Positions 43,000 through 55,231 of a stretch of 64,000 nucleotides of DNA are shown here, in pieces; the stretch's first letter is position 1, and every line of letters begins with the position of its first letter. The notes beneath the pieces were generated by a model. That model was not told the DNA's origin, did no database searches, and worked only from the letters and a program-made list of their open reading frames with translations. The translations under genes and the position numbers were made by a program. The DNA comes from Chloroflexota bacterium (GTDB lineage Bacteria > Chloroflexota > Dehalococcoidia > JACPPT01), in NCBI GenBank assembly GCA_016190815.1, contig JACPPT010000063.1:2370-66369 (forward strand). Reading direction: 5' to 3'.

Positions 43000-45615
43000 T
43001 TAAGCGCCATGGCATTTCTTGTACTTCTTGCCGCTGCCACACGGGCACGGATCGTTTCGCCCAACCTTCCTGCCGTGGGCACCTGCCCTGGCAACCCCAG
43101 CGCCAACAGGGACTTTCGCCTCTCCCCTGTTTGTAGCTACGGCAATCTTTGGGCGAGGCCTCTCCTCCCTTGCTATGCCCACATGATAAATAGCATGCAC
43201 AATCCCCTGCTTCATCCTGGAGCGAAGCTTTTCATACATGGCATGACCCTCTCTCTTGTACATAATCAGAGGGTCCACCTGCCCATAGGCATGGAGCCCG
43301 ATGCCCTGCCGCATATTTTCCATAGCGGTAAGATGTTCCACCCATTGGGTATCAATTATTCGAAGCATTACCATCCGTTCCAGTGCCCGCATGTTCTCGA
43401 AGCCTATTTCCTTTTCCCGCTCCTCGTAGATCCTGTCCGCTTCAGAGATGAACATCTTCTCGATTTCATCGCGGCTCATGGAAGCCAGGGTTTCGGAATT
43501 CACTGAAGGTGGAAGGGGGTAAATAGTGCGAACTGCGCCGAGGAGTCCCTCCCTGTCCCAGTCATCGCCGTGTGCCCCGGCCAAATGGTTCGCCACAAGG
43601 TCCTTTATCTCCTCGTGCACCATGGAAAGGATATTGGTCTTGAGGTCTGCCCCGCTCAGGATCTTTTGCCGCTCACCGTACATAACCTCTCTGTGCTTGT
43701 TCACCACGTCGTCGTACTCTACTAAGTGCTTGCGGATGTCAAAGTTATGCCCCTCTACCTTTATCTGGGCGTTTTCAATGGACTTGGTTATGAGGCCATG
43801 CTGTATGGGAACGTCATCCGATAGATCGGCCCACTCCATAAGCGTTTTTATTCTATCGCCGCCAAAACGGCGCATGACGTCATCTTCCAGGGATACATAG
43901 AATCGAGAGCTGCCGGGGTCTCCTTGCCTGCCGGCACGTCCCCTCAACTGATTGTCAATGCGCCTTGCCTCGTGCCTCTCAGTGCCTATGATATGGAGAC
44001 CGCCCAGGACCACTACCTTGTTGTGCTCTGCTTCCCATTCAGCAGGATCACGGCTATCGGGCTTGCCTCCCAGGATGATGTCCGTGCCGCGTCCAGCCAT
44101 ATTGGTAGCCACGGTTACCATCCCAATCCTTCCAGCCTGAGTGACAATGCCGGCTTCCTTCTCATGATGCTTAGCATTCAGCACCTGATGGGGTACGCCC
44201 CTCCTTGTTAGCACCCCACTCAGACGCTCCGACTTCTCGATGGATACGGTGCCCACAAGAACCGGGCGCCCCTGTTTGTTCCACTCCTCTATCTCCTTGG
44301 CCACCGCCTTGAACTTGGCCTCCTCTGTCTTGTAGACAAGGTCAGGGTGATTGGTTCGAATGAGAGTCTTATTGGGGGGGATGACCATCACATCCAGCTT
44401 GTATATCTTCCAGAACTCCTCTGCCTCTGTAGCAGCAGTGCCTGTCATACCAGCTAACTTCTGATAAAGACGGAAGTAGTTCTGAATGGTAATGGTGGCC
44501 AGGGTCACGGTTTCCCGTTGAACCTTTAGCCCTTCCTTGGCCTCTATTGCCTGATGGAGACCATCGGCGTAACGCCTGCCAAACATTAGCCGTCCGGTGA
44601 ACTCGTCTACAATGATGGCTTCCCCATCCTTCACCATATAGTCTCTATCTCGCTTGAAAAGCACCTGGGCTCTAAGAGCGTTTTCTACGTAGTGGGTAAG
44701 TCCGTAATTCTCTGGATCATAAAGGTTCGGTATATTGAGCCAGTGCTCCATCTTGCTTATGCCAGACTCCGTGAGGGTTACAGCCCGCATCTTCTCGTCC
44801 ACGACGTAGTCCTCTACCTCCTTGAAGCGTGGCACGAGCCTGGCGAAGGTGTAGTATTTCTCCGTGGATTCCTCGGCAGCACCGCTGATGATGAGGGGGG
44901 TACGGGCTTCGTCTATGAGAATGTTGTCCACCTCGTCCACGATGGCGTAGTGGAGCTCTCTCTGAACGCACTGGGAAAGGTCCCATACCATATTATCTCT
45001 CAGATAATCGAACCCGAACTCGTTATTTGTCCCATAGGTGATGTCCGCCAGATAGGCATCCTTCCTTGGAACAGGGCGAAGGTGCTTCATCCGCTCGTCC
45101 TCAGGAATAACGGACCTATCAAAGAAGTAAGCTGCCTCATGCTGAAGACAGCCAACGCTTATCCCCAGGAGGTCATAGATGGGGCCCATCCACTGGGTGT
45201 CTCGCTTGGCCAGATAATCATTGACAGTTACTACGTGGACACCCTTCCCCAAGAGGGCATTGAGATACCCTGGAAGGGTTGCTACCAGGGTCTTGCCTTC
45301 ACCTGTCTGCATCTCGGCGATCTTGCCCTGATGAAGGACGGCCCCGCCAATGAGCTGCACATCGAAGTGCCGCTGTCCTAAAGTCCTCTTTGCCGCCTCC
45401 CTCACGGCTGCAAAGGCCTCGGGAACAAGGTCGTCGAGGGTTTCATCACCCTCTAAACGCTCCTTGAACTCGTCGGTCTTAGCTCGGAGCTCAGCATCGG
45501 AGAGCTTTTCGAACTCAGGCTCTATGGCATTGATTTTTTCAACGATGGGCCTGAGCCTTCTCAGCTCCCTTTCATTGGAGTCTCCAATTATGCGCTTTAA
45601 AAAACCTAGCATCAA
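43000..45615 (-). CDS. secA: preprotein translocase ATPase SecA
   Basis: [11 protein letters not shown] Walker [20 protein letters not shown], and C-terminal Zn motif [14 protein letters not shown]. Confidence 0.95.
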   Translation of the reverse strand: MMLGFLKRIIGDSNERELRRLRPIVEKINAIEPEFEKLSDAELRAKTDEFKERLEGDETLDDLVPEAFAAVREAAKRTLGQRHFDVQLIGGAVLHQGKIAEMQTGEGKTLVATLPGYLNALLGKGVHVVTVNDYLAKRDTQWMGPIYDLLGISVGCLQHEAAYFFDRSVIPEDERMKHLRPVPRKDAYLADITYGTNNEFGFDYLRDNMVWDLSQCVQRELHYAIVDEVDNILIDEARTPLIISGAAEESTEKYYTFARLVPRFKEVEDYVVDEKMRAVTLTESGISKMEHWLNIPNLYDPENYGLTHYVENALRAQVLFKRDRDYMVKDGEAIIVDEFTGRLMFGRRYADGLHQAIEAKEGLKVQRETVTLATITIQNYFRLYQKLAGMTGTAATEAEEFWKIYKLDVMVIPPNKTLIRTNHPDLVYKTEEAKFKAVAKEIEEWNKQGRPVLVGTVSIEKSERLSGVLTRRGVPHQVLNAKHHEKEAGIVTQAGRIGMVTVATNMAGRGTDIILGGKPDSRDPAEWEAEHNKVVVLGGLHIIGTERHEARRIDNQLRGRAGRQGDPGSSRFYVSLEDDVMRRFGGDRIKTLMEWADLSDDVPIQHGLITKSIENAQIKVEGHNFDIRKHLVEYDDVVNKHREVMYGERQKILSGADLKTNILSMVHEEIKDLVANHLAGAHGDDWDREGLLGAVRTIYPLPPSVNSETLASMSRDEIEKMFISEADRIYEEREKEIGFENMRALERMVMLRIIDTQWVEHLTAMENMRQGIGLHAYGQVDPLIMYKREGHAMYEKLRSRMKQGIVHAIYHVGIAREERPRPKIAVATNRGEAKVPVGAGVARAGAHGRKVGRNDPCPCGSGKKYKKCHGA

Positions 45616-46565
45616 GAAAGCTCCTGCTCAAACATCGCCCCCACAGAGAGACCATTGTGGATGCGGTAGATTGCCTCCCCCAGAAGGGATGCCACGGATA
45701 GAACAACGATCTTGTTGTTCCTTTTGTTCTCGGGAACTGGAATGGTATCGGTCACCACCACACTCTTTAGGGGACTGCCGAGAACCCTCTCCATGGCCTG
45801 ACCTGAAAGAACGGGATGGGTGCAGCAGGAATATATCTCCTTCACACCCCTCCCCTGCAAAGCTACAACTGCCGCTATAAGGGAGCCTGCGGTGTCGACC
45901 TCGTCGTCAAAGGTTACAGCGGTCTTGCCACTGACTTCTCCTATTATATTGAGGCTCTCAGCCTCATCGGTGTTCCCCAACCGTCTCTTCTCGATGATGG
46001 CTAGAGGTGCCTTTAAGCTTGCAGCGAAGTCCCTGGCCTTCTTGCTTATCCCTATATCCGTCGCAACGACCACTGGGTTCTCCAACTCCCTATCCTTGAA
46101 ATACCTGCTCAGGATGGGCATCGCAGTAAGCTCATCCACAGGGATGTTGAAGAAACCCTGAATCTGGCCAGCGTGGAGGTCTACAGTCAAGAGCCTGTTT
46201 GCCCCGGCAACCGTAATAAGGTCCGCCATGAGGCGTGCCGTTATGGGTACCCTGGGCTGGTCTTTCTTGTCGGTGCGTCCATAACCGTAATAAGGCACCA
46301 CGGCCGTTATGCGTCCCGCGGAGGCCCGTTTGGCTGCATCCATCATTATCAGAAGCTCCATGATGCTCTTATTGACCGGAGAGCAAATGGGCTGAATGAT
46401 GAATACATCCCGCTGGCGGATGTTCTCCAAAATACGAACAAATATGTTTTCATTGCTGAACTCAAAGACCTCTGCCCTACCAAGAGGCTTCCCCAGATAT
46501 TCACAGACAGCCTTTGCCAGGGCAGGATGGGCATTGCCCGTAAGCACTTTCAGTTCGTCAAACAA
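45612..46565 (-). CDS. prs: ribose-phosphate pyrophosphokinase
   Basis: [10 protein letters not shown] and [16 protein letters not shown]-binding motifs. TTG start after GGGGGT. Confidence 0.93.
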   Translation of the reverse strand: MFDELKVLTGNAHPALAKAVCEYLGKPLGRAEVFEFSNENIFVRILENIRQRDVFIIQPICSPVNKSIMELLIMMDAAKRASAGRITAVVPYYGYGRTDKKDQPRVPITARLMADLITVAGANRLLTVDLHAGQIQGFFNIPVDELTAMPILSRYFKDRELENPVVVATDIGISKKARDFAASLKAPLAIIEKRRLGNTDEAESLNIIGEVSGKTAVTFDDEVDTAGSLIAAVVALQGRGVKEIYSCCTHPVLSGQAMERVLGSPLKSVVVTDTIPVPENKRNNKIVVLSVASLLGEAIYRIHNGLSVGAMFEQELS

Positions 46566-46620
46566 TCCTGACCCCCATATCTATAAAGTTTGAGACATCT
46601 ATACCCCTGTCCTTCGTCAA

Positions 46621-46650
46621 ATTATAGCACGGGCAAAGGAGCGCATACAA
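46621..46650 (-). promoter_or_regulatory. candidate prs promoter (TTGTAT-18-TATAAT with TGn extension)
   Basis: Minus strand reads cGTGCTATAAT (46630-46621). The -35-like TTGTAT is at 46650-46645. Confidence 0.5.
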
Positions 46651-46768
46651 TGCACAAAAGGCGGGCGCATCCCCGTGAAACAGGAAAGCAAAGAGGAAGA
46701 AAACCCCTTCCCAAATGCAGCCATGTTTGCTATACTTGAGTTTGGTCTGCAGACCGAACTATATATAG

Positions 46769-48067
<1,299 letters not shown>

Positions 48068-48068
48068 A

Positions 48069-48974
48069 TTAGCGGCCGGCTGGCACAGGCAGGTCTACCT
48101 GATATTTCTTTACAACAGCCTCTATCTGAGCGGCCGTCTTCTCATCCGGCTCCGTCAGCGGAAGACGAGGCTTGCCAACTCTGAACCCCACCACATTCAG
48201 TGCATATTTTACAGGTATGGGGTTGGAGACTATAAACAGGGCGTTCACCAGAGGCAAAAGACTCCTGTGTATCGCAGACGCACCTGAGAAATCCCCGCCT
48301 AAGAGCTTCTCCATCATCGTCTTTATCTGGCGTCCTACAAGGTGCGAAGCCACACTTATGACACCATATCCTCCCAGAGCCATGAGGTGGAAGGTATCGT
48401 TATCGTTCCCGCTGTAGACCAGGAAGTCCTCCCTTTCGACCCCGGATATGATCTTGGCTATCTGCTCCATATTGCCGCTGGCCTCTTTTACGCCCGCAAT
48501 ATTGTCTATTCGGCTTAGCCTTATGGTAGTCTCAGGGGCCATATTGGTGATGGTTCTGCTGGGGACGTTATATAGAATGCAAGGAAGGCTGGTATGCCCA
48601 GCAATGGTCTTGAAGTGTTGATAGAGGCCCTCCTGAGTGGGTTTGTTGTAATATGGGACAACTAAAAGAATACCATCTACACCAGCCCGCTCAGCCTCTT
48701 TGGTCAGCTCAGAGCTCTCTGCGGTGTTATAGCTGCCTGTGCCAGCGATGACCGAGCCCTTCCCACCCACCGCCGACTTCACCTCGGAAAAGAGGCGAAG
48801 CTTCTCCTCGGTGGACAAAACGGGAGACTCTCCAGTTGTACCAGACACCACAACACCATCGCTTCCGGAGTCCAGAAGCGCTAGAGCAAGGCGTTTAGCC
48901 TGCTCGTAGTCGACCTTCCCCTTTTCATCAAAGGGGGTAACCATAGCTGTAATAAGACGGCCCAGTTTTCTCAT
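48069..48974 (-). CDS. dapA: 4-hydroxy-tetrahydrodipicolinate synthase
   Basis: GTTGES and YNVPSRT motifs. Stop lies 1 nt from the convergent purA stop. Confidence 0.93.
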   Translation of the reverse strand: MRKLGRLITAMVTPFDEKGKVDYEQAKRLALALLDSGSDGVVVSGTTGESPVLSTEEKLRLFSEVKSAVGGKGSVIAGTGSYNTAESSELTKEAERAGVDGILLVVPYYNKPTQEGLYQHFKTIAGHTSLPCILYNVPSRTITNMAPETTIRLSRIDNIAGVKEASGNMEQIAKIISGVEREDFLVYSGNDNDTFHLMALGGYGVISVASHLVGRQIKTMMEKLLGGDFSGASAIHRSLLPLVNALFIVSNPIPVKYALNVVGFRVGKPRLPLTEPDEKTAAQIEAVVKKYQVDLPVPAGR

Positions 48975-50008
48975 CGCTTCACTCCTTCCGGGACTCCTAC
49001 CTTCCCCTCCTTCAATAGCAGCTCCGCAATTTGCACAGCGTTCAAAGCAGCGCCCTTCCTAAGGTTGTCTGCCACAACCCAGAGCACCAGTCCGTTGGGA
49101 TGAGAGACGTCCCTGCGTATGCGCCCCACAAGGACGTCGTCGGTGCCCCCCGTCGGCCATTGGTGAGGATACAGGCTAACGGTTGGGTCATCCACGACCT
49201 TCACCCCCAAGGCAGAAGCCAGGATGGAGCGGGCATCCTCAGGCGTCATGAGGTTGGTGAACTCCGCCCAGACGGCCTCGCCGTGACTTATGTAGACCGG
49301 AACCCTAACGCATGTTGCTGAGATGGCCATATTGGGGGCGTGCATGATCTTCCTCGTCTCGTTGACCATCTTCCACTCTTCCTTGTAATAGCCGTCATCC
49401 AGCAACACATCGATCTCCGGAAGGCAGTTAAAGGCGATCTGGTGCGGAAAAACGTGAGGCACAACGGTTTTGCCCTCCAAAACGAGCCTCGTCTGCGTAC
49501 CCAACTCCTCCATGGCGGCTGCGCCCCAGCCGGAGACCGACTGATAGGTGGAGACAATCACCCTCTTAATAGGATTTACCTTGTGCAGGGGCCAAAGGGC
49601 CACCACCATCTGAATAGTGGAGCAGTTGGGATTGGCTATTATTCCCTTGTGCTGCATCGCATCCTGGGGGTTGACCTCCGGGACCACCAGAGGGATCTCT
49701 GGGTCCATCCTCCAGGCGGAGCTGTTATCAACCACTACTGCACCGTCTTTGGCAGCTATAGGTGAAAAATAGCGGCTTATCTCAGCTCCAGCGGAGAAAA
49801 GGGCAAGGTCGATATTTTTAAAGGAATCGGCACTGGTCTCCTCTACCTCAATCTCATGGCGGTTCACCAGCATTTTCTTTCCCGCCGACCTATCCGAAGC
49901 AAGAAGCCGAACGGACTTCATGGGGAACTGTCTCTGCTCCAGGACCTTAATGAACTCCTGCCCCACCAACCCCGTGGCACCAACGATGGCAACATTCAAC
50001 GCTCTCAT
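48971..50008 (-). CDS. asd: aspartate-semialdehyde dehydrogenase
   Basis: VAIVGATGLVGQE and NPNCSTI active-site Cys motifs. Start set at ATG 50008, after GGAGGAG. Confidence 0.93.
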   Translation of the reverse strand: MRALNVAIVGATGLVGQEFIKVLEQRQFPMKSVRLLASDRSAGKKMLVNRHEIEVEETSADSFKNIDLALFSAGAEISRYFSPIAAKDGAVVVDNSSAWRMDPEIPLVVPEVNPQDAMQHKGIIANPNCSTIQMVVALWPLHKVNPIKRVIVSTYQSVSGWGAAAMEELGTQTRLVLEGKTVVPHVFPHQIAFNCLPEIDVLLDDGYYKEEWKMVNETRKIMHAPNMAISATCVRVPVYISHGEAVWAEFTNLMTPEDARSILASALGVKVVDDPTVSLYPHQWPTGGTDDVLVGRIRRDVSHPNGLVLWVVADNLRKGAALNAVQIAELLLKEGKVGVPEGVKR

Positions 50009-50016
50009 TTCTCCTC

Positions 50017-50814
50017 CTAGATGCCCAGCAGTTTTTCCAGTCCGTATACCAAACCCCTTCGATTCATCACTTCTTTTATGGCCGTAAGCACACCTGGTAT
50101 GAAGCACTCCCGGCTTATGATGTCGTGTCGAATGGTGAGGGTCTGGCCAAGCCCCCCCAAGATCACCTCCTGATGCGCCACCAGACCGGGAGACCGAACA
50201 CTATGTAACACCACACCCTCCACGTTGATTCCCCTTGAGCCTGGGATGGTTTCCTTAAGGGTGAGAGTCACTGTGAAAGGTTTCCCCCGGGCCTCTGCCA
50301 TACCCTTGGCGGTTGCAATGGCTGTCCCGGATGGAGCGTCTACTTTCTTTTCGTGATGCATCTCTACGATTTCCGCGTAGTCGAAGAACTTGCTCGCTAT
50401 TTTAGCCATATGAATCATCAAGACGGCCCCCAGAGCGAAATTGGGTGCGACAACAACACCCACTCCATTTTGTTTACTCAGCCTGTCTATCTCGTCGAGA
50501 TCTTTTTGGGAGAGGCCGCTTGTTCCAATCACAACGTTCACCTTGTGTTTCACGGAGGTGTGCACCGCCTGCATTGTGGCCTCTGCAACAGTGAAATCCA
50601 CCAGAACCATCGGGCGGGAATTGGAAAGGAGAGCCTCTAGATTGGTAGAGTAGGGCACAGAGCCAGAGCCATCAGGCAAGGCAACAGTGCTTCCCTCAGG
50701 GTGTTTATCTACTGCCCCTACAGGTTTGAGCTGAGGGTCTTTGGCAACAGCGTTTAGCACCTCCCGCCCCATTCTCCCCAAGGCCCCGTGAACCACTACA
50801 GTAATAGGCTCCAT
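50017..50814 (-). CDS. dapB: 4-hydroxy-tetrahydrodipicolinate reductase
   Basis: VHGALGRMG NAD motif and EMHHEKKVDAPSGTA catalytic motif. Confidence 0.92.
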   Translation of the reverse strand: MEPITVVVHGALGRMGREVLNAVAKDPQLKPVGAVDKHPEGSTVALPDGSGSVPYSTNLEALLSNSRPMVLVDFTVAEATMQAVHTSVKHKVNVVIGTSGLSQKDLDEIDRLSKQNGVGVVVAPNFALGAVLMIHMAKIASKFFDYAEIVEMHHEKKVDAPSGTAIATAKGMAEARGKPFTVTLTLKETIPGSRGINVEGVVLHSVRSPGLVAHQEVILGGLGQTLTIRHDIISRECFIPGVLTAIKEVMNRRGLVYGLEKLLGI

Positions 50815-50902
50815 TTTTACCCCCACATTCTCCTACCGCAAGGTTTTTCCCTTCTCCTTTGCTTAAATTCAATAAGCTATAAACTTAGTTGACTCCTTCA
50901 TA

Positions 50903-53116
50903 TTATTCAGGCTTTCTACCAGCACTGGGCCAGCGACCGCCTTCTTCCCTGGGTCTGTAAGGCGCACGTGGCTCAGGTCCTCTCTCCGGACGTCTTGATT
51001 CCATTGGGCCTCTGGCCCTGGCGCCGGGCGCAGTGGAAGTCCCCTGATAAACAGCCTTCCTGGAGAGATTTATCCTTCCCTGCCGATCTATCTCAGTCAC
51101 CATGACCATGATCTCATCCCCCACCTTAACCACATCCTCCACACTGGGCACTCTATACTCGGCCAGCTCGCTTATGTGAACCAACCCCTCTTTGCCGGGC
51201 AGGACCTCGACAAAGGCCCCAAAATTAGTGACTCGAGTTACTTTGCCAGTATAAATGGCTCCCACCTCCACATCCTTGGTAAGGCTCTCTATCATCTCCT
51301 GAGCCTTTTTTGCAGCCGCCTCATTGGTGGAGCCTATGAGCACAGTGCCATCGTTCTCCACATCGATAGTTGCTCCCGTGGCCTCAATGATGGACCTTAT
51401 GGTCTTGCCGCCGGGTCCTATTACGCTACCTATCTTATCCTTGTTAATCATGATCTTGGTCATCCTCGGGGCATAGGGACTTAGCTCTGGACGGCTGGCA
51501 CTTATGGTCTGCTTCATGATGTCCAGTATGGTGAGGCGGGCATCTCGTGCCCTTCCCAGGGCTTCTCCCATAATGTCAAAGGAGATGCCTCCCACCTTTA
51601 TATCCATCTGCAATGCAGTTATCCCTTCGGCTGTTCCTGCCACCTTAAAATCCATGTCCCCAAAGGCATCTTCATTTCCCGCAATGTCTGTGAGAATGGC
51701 GTAACTGCCGGGCTCGCCCACTATCAAGCCCATAGCTGCTCCAGCCACTGCTGCCTTGATGGGAACGCCAGCATCCATGAGGGAAAGAATCCCGGCGCAA
51801 ACGCTGGCCATGGATGTACTACCATTGGAGCTCAGGACTTCAGAAACGAGACGTATGGTATATGGGAATTCCTCGTCACTTGGTATGACGGGCTGAAGGG
51901 ATCTTTCCACCAGGGCACCGTGTCCGATCTCCCTTCTACCTGGCGTTCCAATTCTCCTGGTCTCCCCGGTGCTATAGGGGGGGAAATTGTAATGATGTAT
52001 GAATCGCTTGCTCTCCTCCAAGCTCAAGCTGTCAATTAGCTGCTCTTCTCCCGTCGACCCCAGTGTAGTTATGGTGATCACCTGGGTCTGTCCGCGTGAA
52101 AACAGCCCGGAGCCATGGGTTCGGGGGAGTACTCCCACTTCACAGGCTATAGGACGGATCTCCGACAGACCCCTGCCGTCGGGCCGGATTCCCCTCTTTA
52201 GAATGCTTTCCCTTACCTCGGCCTTGAGCCTGGCTTGAAAGGCAATGATGATTTCCTCTGGAGAGAAGTTGCCTCCCAGCTTGTCCAGCAACTCATTCTG
52301 GAGAGCAGTCAGCACCTCCTCCTTCTCCCTCCTACCCTTCATAAAGATCGCGTCAGTCAGCCTCTCGCCCAGGGCCGAAGATACCGCTTTTTCCGCCTCG
52401 GGGTTAATGCTATCGGCGTAGACAATTGCCTTCTTCGGCTTGCCACAAAGCCTGACAAGCTCCTCCTGCAAATCTATGACCTCTTTGTTTATCTTCTGCC
52501 CGAAGGCAATAGCTTCCAGCACCATGCTCTCAGAAACCTGCCGAGCCCCGGCCTCCACCATCATCACAGCATCGCGCGTGCTGGCTACCACAAGGTCAAG
52601 TTTGCTATCGGCAAGCTGTGCAAATGTGGGGTTTATTACAAACTCATCATTGATCTTCCCCACACGACAGGCACCTATAGGCCCATTAAAGGGTATCTCT
52701 GAAATGGAGAGGGCTGCAGAAGCGCCTATTATGGAAAGTATGTCCGGGTCGTTTTCTTTATCAACAGAGAGTACTGTGACCACAACCTGGATGTCGTTGC
52801 GAAGACCCTTTGGCAGAAGAGGCCTGAGGGATCTATCAGTGAGCCGACTTGCCAAAGTGGCCTCCTGGCTTGGGCGTCCCTCCCTCCTGAAGAAACTGCC
52901 TGGAATCTTCCCGGCCGCATATAGCCTCTCCTCATAGTCCACGGTGAGAGGGAGGAAATCCACGCCCTCCCTTGGCTGCGGGGCCATGCAAACAGTCACC
53001 AAAACAACAGTTTCGCCATAGGAAACCGCTACTGCTGCGTTTGACTGAAGCGCAAGCTTCCCTGTTTCTATAGTTAGCGACTTTCCACCTATTTGACGTT
53101 CCACTCGATTTGCCAT
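50903..53116 (-). CDS. pnp: polyribonucleotide nucleotidyltransferase (PNPase)
   Basis: Two RNase PH domains plus KH and S1 (GKVTRVTNFGAFVE). Has an Arg/Pro-rich C-terminal tail. Start set at MANRVERQ. Confidence 0.95.
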   Translation of the reverse strand: MANRVERQIGGKSLTIETGKLALQSNAAVAVSYGETVVLVTVCMAPQPREGVDFLPLTVDYEERLYAAGKIPGSFFRREGRPSQEATLASRLTDRSLRPLLPKGLRNDIQVVVTVLSVDKENDPDILSIIGASAALSISEIPFNGPIGACRVGKINDEFVINPTFAQLADSKLDLVVASTRDAVMMVEAGARQVSESMVLEAIAFGQKINKEVIDLQEELVRLCGKPKKAIVYADSINPEAEKAVSSALGERLTDAIFMKGRREKEEVLTALQNELLDKLGGNFSPEEIIIAFQARLKAEVRESILKRGIRPDGRGLSEIRPIACEVGVLPRTHGSGLFSRGQTQVITITTLGSTGEEQLIDSLSLEESKRFIHHYNFPPYSTGETRRIGTPGRREIGHGALVERSLQPVIPSDEEFPYTIRLVSEVLSSNGSTSMASVCAGILSLMDAGVPIKAAVAGAAMGLIVGEPGSYAILTDIAGNEDAFGDMDFKVAGTAEGITALQMDIKVGGISFDIMGEALGRARDARLTILDIMKQTISASRPELSPYAPRMTKIMINKDKIGSVIGPGGKTIRSIIEATGATIDVENDGTVLIGSTNEAAAKKAQEMIESLTKDVEVGAIYTGKVTRVTNFGAFVEVLPGKEGLVHISELAEYRVPSVEDVVKVGDEIMVMVTEIDRQGRINLSRKAVYQGTSTAPGARARGPMESRRPERGPEPRAPYRPREEGGRWPSAGRKPE

Positions 53117-53182
53117 TATAAGATCTTTCAACTCCTTGCTACAGCTACGATTCACAGGCCAGAGAGGCCACACAATTCTGCG

Positions 53183-53446
53183 CTATCTTCTTAGGCCAAG
53201 CCGCCCTATTAGTGAGCGATAACGCTTGACATTAGCCTTGCCAAGATAACTCAGAAGGCGACGCCTCTGTCCAACCAGCCTCAGGAGCCCCCGACGCGAG
53301 TGATGGTCTTTTTTGTGCTCTCTAAGGTGCTCGGCCAGCTCGTTAATCCTCCCCGTGATGAGGGCTACCTGAACCTCCGTCGAGCCTGTGTCCTTTTCGT
53401 TCTGCCTATATTCTTGAACTAGCTTCTGCTTCTCTTCTTTTTCCAA
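53183..53446 (-). CDS. rpsO: 30S ribosomal protein S15
   Basis: [37 protein letters not shown] is the canonical S15 core. TTG start after AAGGGGG gives the usual ~88 aa. Confidence 0.9.
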   Translation of the reverse strand: MEKEEKQKLVQEYRQNEKDTGSTEVQVALITGRINELAEHLREHKKDHHSRRGLLRLVGQRRRLLSYLGKANVKRYRSLIGRLGLRR

Positions 53447-53471
53447 AAGAACCCCCTTAATTAATTGAAGA

Positions 53472-53482
53472 ATTATAGCACA
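53472..53482 (-). promoter_or_regulatory. extended -10 promoter for rpsO (TGTGCTATAAT)
   Basis: Minus strand reads TGTGCTATAAT, about 26 nt upstream of the rpsO start. Confidence 0.5.
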
Positions 53483-53539
53483 CCGACGGCGGCTCTGCAA
53501 AGCATTCCCATAGGCATTCCGGCCCCCAAAGGTACGAAT

Positions 53540-53550
53540 TGTGCTATAAT
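53540..53550 (+). promoter_or_regulatory. extended -10 promoter for the M50 protease gene (TGTGCTATAAT)
   Basis: Identical 11-mer on the plus strand, 33 nt upstream of ATG 53583. Confidence 0.5.
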
Positions 53551-53582
53551 TTTAACACTACCTGATTGAGGATGTAAGACCA

Positions 53583-54296
53583 ATGCTTCTGAGGATGCTT
53601 GACCTTCTGTTCAGTGACCCTATAGCCTTTCTAGGGCTTTTCCCCCTTATTCTCTTCACTCTGGGACTCGCTCTCTTTGTGGCCATTACCGTACATGAGT
53701 TCGGTCACGCCTACATGGCCCACAGGCTGGGAGATGACACCGCTAAACAGATGGGCAGGCTCTCTCTGAATCCGCTAGTCCATCTTGACCCACTGGGAAC
53801 CGCCATGCTTTTTCTTGTAGGGTTTGGATGGGGCAAGCCAGTGCCAGTCAATCCATTCTTCTTACGGCAGGGCGCTAGAAAGGGGATGGCGCTTGTGGCG
53901 GCAGCAGGGCCGCTGGCCAATTTTGCCACCGCAGCCGTGTTGTCAGCATTCGTAAGAGCGGGCCTTGTGCCCTGGAGGCCTGACATCTCCTTTGTCCCCT
54001 TCCCTGGCCTGTGGGAGCTTGTAGGGATGATTGTTGTTCTGTCCATCATATACAACGTCATATTAGGCATCTTCAACCTCATCCCTCTATCTCCTCTAGA
54101 TGGGTTCAAGTTGGTGCTGGGCATTGTGCCCCGAGACCTTGCATATTCTCTGAGCCGTGTTGAACAATACGGGCCTATGATACTGATCACCATAGTAGCG
54201 CTGGATAGCTTTACAGGCGTGGGAATATTCACGGGGATTCTAAGGCCAGTCTCAGACCTGATAGGCGTCATCCTTGTAGGAAAGCCCCTACTCTGA
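53583..54296 (+). CDS. site-2 protease (M50) family membrane metalloprotease
   Basis: HEFGHAYMA HExxH motif within a TM helix, and a downstream NLIPLSPLDG motif. Confidence 0.85.
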   Translation: MLLRMLDLLFSDPIAFLGLFPLILFTLGLALFVAITVHEFGHAYMAHRLGDDTAKQMGRLSLNPLVHLDPLGTAMLFLVGFGWGKPVPVNPFFLRQGARKGMALVAAAGPLANFATAAVLSAFVRAGLVPWRPDISFVPFPGLWELVGMIVVLSIIYNVILGIFNLIPLSPLDGFKLVLGIVPRDLAYSLSRVEQYGPMILITIVALDSFTGVGIFTGILRPVSDLIGVILVGKPLL

Positions 54297-54309
54297 TGCA
54301 GCCCTCACA

Positions 54310-55224
54310 TTGAAGAACGATCTAGCACCCGGGCAGGAGGCGGAGTTGGATCGAATCACCATAATAGGACTCGGTCTTATGGGCGCTTCCCTGGGGCTAG
54401 CGCTGAAGAAAACAAATCCAGAACACGTGGAAATCGTTGGATATGACAGAGAACCTAGCGCTGCATCCGCTGCCATCCAAAGATGCGCCGTGGACAGAGT
54501 GCAGTCAGACCTGACATCGGCTGTAAAAGGAGCCAACATCGTTATCATCGCAACGCCTGTGCTGACCATCAGGGAAGTCCTGAAGGAAATCGCCCCCGCC
54601 CTTCCAGATGGCTGCCTCGTAACAGATACCGGGAGCACCAAGACCAATGTGCTTGCCTGGGCTAAGGAATACCTCCCCCCCAAGGTGAGCTTTGTAGGCG
54701 GGCACCCCATGGCGGGCAAAGAGAAATCGGGGGTGGAAGCAGCTGATGCTGAGCTGTTCCAGGGGTGTCCATACTGCATTGTGCCACCCAAGAAAGCCTC
54801 TTCAAAGGCTGTGCGCTCTATTGTCAGCATAGCAGAGCTAGTAGGAGCAAGGCCGTTCTTTATAGATGCCTCAGAGCACGACAGGTTTGTAGCTGCTATA
54901 AGTCATCTTCCTCTGGTTATCTCGGCAGCTCTTGTTTCGGCCACTGCCAGCGACCCTGAGTGGAGCAAGATGGCTGCCCTTGCCTCTTCGGGGTACAGAG
55001 ACCTTTCCCGTCTCGCCTCCGGAAGCCCGAAGATGAGCCGAGACATATGTCTGACGAACAGGGATGCCCTGGTACAATGGATAGACAGGTTCATCAAGGA
55101 GTTGGGCCGATATAGAGGTCTTCTGCTGGAGGGAGACGACAGGGTGGAGGAAGCCTTCATCCAAGCAAGAAAGGCCAGGGAAGCGTGGCTTAAGTCCAGA
55201 GAATCCCATCTTAAGAGAGGTTAA
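54310..55224 (+). CDS. tyrA: prephenate dehydrogenase
   Basis: ITIIGLGLMGASLGLAL Rossmann motif and GGHPMAGKE catalytic-His motif. Confidence 0.88.
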   Translation: MKNDLAPGQEAELDRITIIGLGLMGASLGLALKKTNPEHVEIVGYDREPSAASAAIQRCAVDRVQSDLTSAVKGANIVIIATPVLTIREVLKEIAPALPDGCLVTDTGSTKTNVLAWAKEYLPPKVSFVGGHPMAGKEKSGVEAADAELFQGCPYCIVPPKKASSKAVRSIVSIAELVGARPFFIDASEHDRFVAAISHLPLVISAALVSATASDPEWSKMAALASSGYRDLSRLASGSPKMSRDICLTNRDALVQWIDRFIKELGRYRGLLLEGDDRVEEAFIQARKAREAWLKSRESHLKRG

Positions 55225-55231
55225 GGGACCA

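Noticed and set aside
50827-50902. Lysine riboswitch upstream of the dapB-asd-dapA operon
   Set aside because: The gap is only 76 nt, which is too short for an L-box, and no conserved L-box segments were seen.
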